Shown here in pieces: positions 40,451 through 64,000 of a stretch of 64,000 nt of DNA. The notes below the pieces were generated by a model. The model was given only the letters and a program-made list of their open reading frames with translations. It was not told where the DNA came from and searched no databases. The first letter of the stretch is position 1. Each line of letters starts with the position of its first letter. The translations under genes were made by a program, and so were the position numbers. Source of the DNA: Macrostomum lignano (Eukaryota); assembly GCA_002269645.1 (NCBI GenBank), contig NIVC01000221.1, positions 248,001 through 312,000 of the forward strand, given 5' to 3'.

Positions 40451-41384
40451 TACCTCGGCCACCCTCTGACCACCCGGACAACATCCGTGACCTTCGCGCC
40501 TTCGCCCGAGATTCCGGCCGGATGAAGGTCGCCGATGCCTCCTCTGCGAACCTGCCGACTACTGGCGGGGGCTGGGCGCACCCCCAGGGTTAAACCTTGG
40601 GTTTTTTACCTTGGGGTTCCGATGGGGCCTCGCGGCCTATTCGCGGTGCCAGCACACTTCCGTCAGAAGAAAGTAAGTAAGGGGGCAGTCATGCGCAGTC
40701 AGCGCCTGTTAGAAACATGAACTCCATACACCCTTCGTTTCTAGCTAAACGTAGCTCGTAGACTTGCTTCTCGCTTCCCAATCACTCTTGTTTTAATCAC
40801 GTACCGTGCACTTAAACAAAACAAATAAACCTATATTTTACATTCAGCTTCGAAACCTATTAATTAATAATTCTTCGCTTTACCACGGGTGACGGCTCAC
40901 GATTGACACAGTGCTGCTACAGCTACCATGTAGGCCAAAATATAAAAAGCGAACACATGGACAGAAAAAACCCAAACCTAGTGTTGACACTATATTCATG
41001 CACAAGAAGCAAGAAAAACATGCGCCCTACAAACCCTGTGTAAATTTAAAAAAATAGCAGAACCCGCGACACAACAAGACGGACAAGAAAAAAGTGGGAA
41101 CGTGCGTGTTCAATTCCATCCATGTGTTTTTTTAACCAATAAATCACCTAGCTGCTACCTGGCAACCTTTGCAATGGCTTGGTTCGTCAACTTAATTCTC
41201 ACTGATCCTTCGCTTCTTGATTGCAGCTTATCGTCTTCCTTCCCCAGAATCTTCTGCTCACTGACCAAAGCCTTCATCTTACTCGTATTTATTAATGCTC
41301 TTCAAGCAGCAAAGCAGCTGGCGTCCCGCCTCATGGCTATCCAGGTCAATTCCTTCTTTGGGAACGATGGTTTTCTGTGGTTCC

Positions 41385-41611
41385 TAGGGGCGTCGCCATA
41401 GACATTTTGGGGGCGGGGCATAGCCTAGAATTCGTACATGTACATTATTTTGAGAATCGGCGTTGTTAGCAATCATATTGGCATCGCAGGCACTCATTTT
41501 TGGCGCCGCTGCAGGCACCAATTTTGCCGTCACCAATTATGGGGGTGCAGGTGATAGTTTTCTACTGCCTCCCCCCCCGCCCCCTATCCCCCATATGTGG
41601 CGACGCCCCTG
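41385..41611. mobile_element. hAT (Tip100-like) MITE
   Basis: TIRs (T)AGGGGCGTCGCCA / TGGCGACGCCCCTG; TSD not conserved. Confidence 0.55.
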
Positions 41612-41989
41612 GCTTAAGCTTTTCTAAACCGGAGGGACGTGCTCAATCAGAGTTCAAACGTATTCGAACTTTCGCAAGTTCGGATGTTAATTGTCTTTAG
41701 AAAGGAGGAACTTCCGCCACTCAATCGACGGAGCCGACAAAGCGCTCTAGTCTTCACCCACTTAGACATTTGGATTAAGGAATAGGAGTTGCCTTATACA
41801 TGTAGTAGGGGGCCAGCCCAATGGCAAGGGTCTGTAAACTGTATCTCTCTGCCTAGAATTCCACTGAGCATTGACCTGCAGCATTCTTGCTATAGTAGCT
41901 GCCTAGGACATGTGCTGAAAATGCCGATGGGATGTGTGCAAATGATTTGCTCCCTATACAATCCATGGAATTTCCACGACAATGGCAAA

Positions 41990-42430
41990 ATACCAACTCT
42001 TGTTATTTAGGTCCGTACCTAAAAAGCCATCATTTTTTCCCATCATTCTAAACTCTACCCAACTGAACCAAGTATTGAAAGCAACAGCCAAATAACCGAG
42101 TTCGGCCCCGCTTCGACTCAACCACAGGGGCATCAGACCGGTAACCATGCATGGACCTCTCGTTTCATGGCTATTTTGCCAGACATCGTCACCTTCTCCA
42201 GGGAAAAATCCGCAGTGAGGAATGCCCATTCTGCCTCTCCAGTGTCAAGAATGCGGAGCACTTCATCTGTGAATACCCCGCCTTTACTCAGGTCAGGCTC
42301 ACCTACCTCAGCCCAAACTCGGACTTTTCCTGACGTTTTCAGGCCCGAGAATCCCTGCCAGCTCGTCCGCTACCTAAGGGCTACCGGGCGAGCGACCATC
42401 CAGCTCCTGGACTAGCTGCCCGTGGTCGCC
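41990..42430 (+). mobile_element. LINE C-terminal fragment (zinc-knuckle region)
   Basis: [10 protein letters not shown]...[21 protein letters not shown]; related to the TGHGFFQRH segment near 40310. Confidence 0.65.
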
Positions 42431-43054
42431 AAGGGTTAGCGGAATGGGCGGCAAAGCCTCCTCGCTGCATCCGGATGTCGGGAGCCCCCTGCAGCTGAGT
42501 CAAAGAACGAGTTCGATAAAGGCATCAATTGATTACGTTTATTTTGCGACAGCATATTCTTGTAAATATTTTTCAATTGTTTCACATTTTAAAAGAAATA
42601 GTTGCTTCTGTTTATTAACCATTCGAAAAATGCATTCAGAAGTTTAACAGATGAAAAGCTTTAGTAACAAGTCAATCAGTAGCACAGTAAACGATCAAGG
42701 CGTAATAAAAATGCCAGATTAGCTAGTCAAAAATTTCAAAAAAATAAATAATCAAAAAAGTCCATAATGCAATAAGTTCAACTGCAGGAATATTGCACCA
42801 AGAATTTGAAATTTTCACTGTAACTTGAGCTTGAGCTCAGCTGTCATTAACAGTTAATAATCAGTAGCGCCGATTGCCCGGATGAAAGCCAGAAACTAAA
42901 AAGGAAAATTGGGGATTTCACAGATTAGATGACAACACAGATGAAAGCAAAGCACGTTCAGATTATTCTGTAAAATGCATGCAAATTTTCTGCCATTTTT
43001 ATGGAACATTTTACGTTTATTACCAAGTATTTTTAGTTTCTGCATTATATTTTA

Positions 43055-43305
43055 TAATAACAACTGATTACACCCGCCCCAATGAACCAGATGTGCAACC
43101 GACAGCTCAGCCGCAGCTATTGCGCGGTGCATCTCAAGGCTGCGTACGGCTGTTCAGTCCATGGATTGGGGGTCGCCACACACCCTCAATAACCCCATTT
43201 AATTCTGGTACCCATTTTACAGTTAAGCGGATTGCTCAAGGACGCAAATTGCTCCGAGTGGGTCGAAAATGGAACCCCTCGATCTTTCGGTAGTGAGCCT
43301 GAACC
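43055..43305 (-). mobile_element. SINE family 1, reverse copy
   Basis: Reverse complement of the 10141 body (GCTGCGTACGGCTGTTCAGTCC, GGTACCCATTTTAC). Confidence 0.7.
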
Positions 43306-44869
43306 AGATTTTTATTTGGATTAAAAATGAACTTATATATTTTATTAAACTAGTTCCCACTGAATTTTAGAAGTTTTTGATTCTCTTTAAAACTTATTAG
43401 TTTTGCCTTACCTGTTTTGTAAATCTTGACAAAGCAAATTAAGAAAACTAAATTGTGATTTATACATATTTAATATTTTACTATTCAGATGTATTTACTT
43501 TTAAATTCTATAATGAAGTAGAGAAAATTTATTAACTCACTTACCATAGATGCAATAGTATTGTGTATATATATCAATCAGAATTTCTTCTCGTTGATTC
43601 GGTTCATTTCGTATCGAGACAGAGGAACAGAGTTTTAAAAAGCTTCAGTAGATTTGATTGGCTTTTCGATTTGCAACTCATTGTGACGAATGGCCGTAGC
43701 GTATTTCCATTTATATTAATTTAAAAAGGGAAACCAACTGCTTTTAAAGTTGACGATTGAACTTTTAGGTGATGTGAAATTCCTTCTACTTAGAGCTAAC
43801 TACTTTAAATAGTCAATCCAAGATTTGTTAGTGAATCAACCCACAGATTTTTTTGAATGCTAAAATTTGATTTTCGACTGAAGTAACTATAGTGTGGAAC
43901 TACTGGTATGTTATCTTGTTGTTAGAGACGGAGTCACAGAAAATTTATTAAATCACTAATTACGGAGTTTAATGAGATTGAGGACTGCTCTTATTCATTA
44001 AGCTGGGTTTTCGATTCCAATAGTAGTACAAATAGTATAAACTGTAAAATATCAGACAAGATGAAGAAACTATACTGGGTGGTGCAAAACTGTTAATACG
44101 AGTATTTAATTGATGCCTTCAGAGCCCCTGGCCTGGAGCTGGAGCATACCTTGATGATGTAATACATATCCATCTTGGTCCACGCTGCACTAACAGCAAC
44201 CTTCAGACCCTCTTAATTTGGGTTGCGTGCAGCACAGATGTGCCATAACGCCCATAATATTTTAGAGCTGGAAGTGAACTCATTCAAAGCTTATATGAAA
44301 GCTTACATATTCTTTCTTCTAGACTATGTCGGAATAAAGCAGAGTGAAAGCAACAATAATTTGAAAGAAAATTCGAACAGATGATTGCTTAGGAATCGTG
44401 TTATCCTAAAAAATCGGGATGCTTTTTGAGTAAACGGCGGTAGTAACTATGCCTGTACTGTAGTGAGCCGCCAGTTTGGTGTCGCCATTGCCATCGCCGA
44501 TGGGGGGCTGGCTGCCGCTTATTCTAAGTCGCCCCCTTCTCTGCGCTCTTGCTGCAGCCACGAGCTTCTTTGCTGTGGCCTGCTCCTGTCCTGAGGTCAT
44601 GCTAGTGGCCTGTTTCATGACATTGAAAGTCACATGACAAGTCTTGTTTTCTCGAAGTCCTAACACTTGCTGGTCCGTATTTACTGAGGAATCAAGTACC
44701 CCGGGGCCCTTGCCTTCTCTAAAGTAAGAGGTGACCCATGTTCTAAAAATAGACAGTGAGTCACATGGCCCTGTGCACTTTTTACCAGGGACCCCTGCTT
44801 TCGCTCTGGCGGGAAGTGACGTCAGTTCTAAAAATAGAACAAGTAGCGAGGTTTCACGCATATTGGTGC

Positions 44870-45310
44870 ACTGAAGATTCCCAGGCTATAAATACGGACC
44901 TCCTCATCTTTGGTTCAGTCAAGGAGTTTCTCTAGTTCTTAGTTTCTCAGTTTCCGAAGATTTTTTGACAGTTTTAGTGTCCAATCAACTCTTTCCTTTA
45001 TTGGCCTGACTTAACTTAGACGCCCAAGCCTAAAGGAGGCTAACACGGCCTTCCCAACCACCCACTGCCCGGACGCCTTGTTTGTTAATCTTTAAATATG
45101 CACGCTGTGCTGAGTTCGTTGACTTGTTGATTTCGTTCCGACGGGAAGCTCACGTCACCGAAGGTCGAGACCTGAAGTAACTGGTAGCAGCACTACCTAC
45201 GCTATTGGGAGCACAAGAAGACTTCCAAGAGGCGCGAGACTTAAGACAATCTAAATACCTGTAAATCGGGAAGTAAATGCTCTGTACTTCACTGGTGGCA
45301 GCGGTGGGAT
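44870..45310 (+). mobile_element. LTR remnant followed by a perfect tRNA-Leu primer-binding site
   Basis: TATAAATA at ~44887, ...TACTTCA end at 45291, then TGGTGGCAGCGGTGGGAT (45293-45310); no gag follows. The 5' boundary is not resolved. Confidence 0.6.
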
Positions 45311-46663
45311 ACCAAGACTTACCAGGCAAAGCCAGTTCAATCAATGCAAAGCAGACAAATGCTTTAATTGGGATTCAGTTCCAAAAGACGACTAATTAGA
45401 TTAGTTGACAAATTTTATTGCTTGCTTTTCGTGGAGTAGATTGTCATTTTTTCTGATCCATTTATCGTGTTTTTATTGAATTCATCGTCATACGTTCTGT
45501 CGTGTTGCCTATGAATATTCATTCTACAGAAAGGCTATGAAATACTGATACTTGTATTTAGTAGCAATATATTGGATTTTAGCTCTACTTACCTGTATGA
45601 TCCAAGATTAAATTTTACTAAACGAGGAAAGAAATCTTATCAGAACTTTTTTATTACAACGAAACGTAATAGTAAGCATTTTGTTAAATAAAACAAAGAA
45701 TCGCTTTTATCATGTTTTATGTATTTGGTTTTTTACCGCGTATAGGTTAAGTTGTACGCATGTTGTCGTGTTTTTAATAATGCAAAAGTTGGAAAATAGT
45801 TATTTTATTTAAAATTTAGTTTGCGCTTTTGACTAAAATAAAGAATTACGCGTACTACATATTCAGTGCTTGCTGTTGAATGGAGAAAAATTATCGATTG
45901 CGTATTTAACAGCCCATGATATTATAGAACATGCTACTAAAAACAGAAGCAGCCATAAATTCGTTTGAAAAATATTTTTGTTTAAAGTAAAACCTAAATT
46001 CCTGTTGGTGCCGGTTGTCAACTATCAATGCATCTTTACTAACGCTTTCTTCGTCCTGGCGTCTGTTAAAATTACACTGACTGTTTACTGTTTCTAAATA
46101 ACAGTTAATTAAGAAAGCTAAACAGAAGCAAACAATTTACTAACTTAAGGTTAAAAAACCTGCCATAAAACTGCATTTTCATTCAAATACAATCAAATAA
46201 CTTTGTAGACTTAAAACGAGCGGAAAAGAACAGATTAATTAATTAGAAAGTTTTTAGAAATTGTTTAGTTTTGTCAATATTAGCGAATATTATTATTGTC
46301 CCTAAAACAACGTAATTTAGAAAACTAACTGCGTGAATTTTATAAATTTTCAACAAGCGAGCATGGGCAAAAAAATATGCACAACATTTAAAGGGTTGAT
46401 GAGCCCAAGCTTTCATTTTAACAACAAATTGTAATGCAGAATGTTTTTTTTAATTTAGTAGTTACTTAGATTTCTTTTTCACTGGATAAATTGTATCAGC
46501 TGGAACTATAAATTTAAAATTGATGAGTTCATATGTATAAAAATATTAAAAGTTCAAGCTTTGCTGTGTTTCAGCTCATGCTTTCAGTCTTTAGGATGAC
46601 TATATGAATTAATTATTAAAGTATTATATGCTTGGTGTATTATTAGACTGCCTGAGACCGGGT

Positions 46664-63786
<17,123 letters not shown>

Positions 63787-64000
63787 ATCTTATAAGTTCG
63801 GTCTTTGGTATTTACTAAAATTAGGTTTTCAAACCAAATTAGTGGCAAATAAGCAAGTAAGAAGCCCTATTTATGCAAATTAAACTGAATGTGTAATGTA
63901 CCAATTCGTAAGCCTAGAAATTACGTATTCTTTTAAGCGAACTTCGAGTATGGGACTAATTACTTTGGTAAAAAATGAGAGCGTCGTCGTATCGTAAGGC

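Noticed and set aside
40600-40680. Possible HDV-like ribozyme (CCTATTCGCGG)
   Set aside because: I could not build the nested double pseudoknot, and it lies 3' of a LINE rather than at its 5' end.

Overview
Eukaryotic (invertebrate animal) genomic DNA; a lophotrochozoan such as the flatworm Macrostomum is my guess from style only. Left 39 kb: a segmentally duplicated cluster of small two-exon genes, all on +, encoding secreted signal peptide + WSC domain (exon 1) + PAN/apple-like domain (exon 2) proteins of 210-224 aa. There are three subtypes (A, B, C), six apparently intact copies and at least three broken ones. Exon 1 varies in patches, exon 2 is homogenised between neighbouring non-orthologous genes, and the last nine codons plus stop of B/C genes are amplified as a 28-bp minisatellite. 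The cluster holds an apparently intact piggyBac, a truncated piggyBac whose empty site is visible in the paralogous block, a 1.1-kb (TCTA)n array, SINEs, MITEs and LINE/Gypsy relics. Right 18 kb: a three-exon STAR/KH (Sam68/KHDRBS-like) gene on -. Its 15.6-kb first intron contains a very young 9.4-kb Ty3/Gypsy element nested in a MITE; this element has an extra non-env ORF, tandem PBS-like copies, a -1 frameshift site and a rearranged 3' end. All alignments and counts were done by eye.
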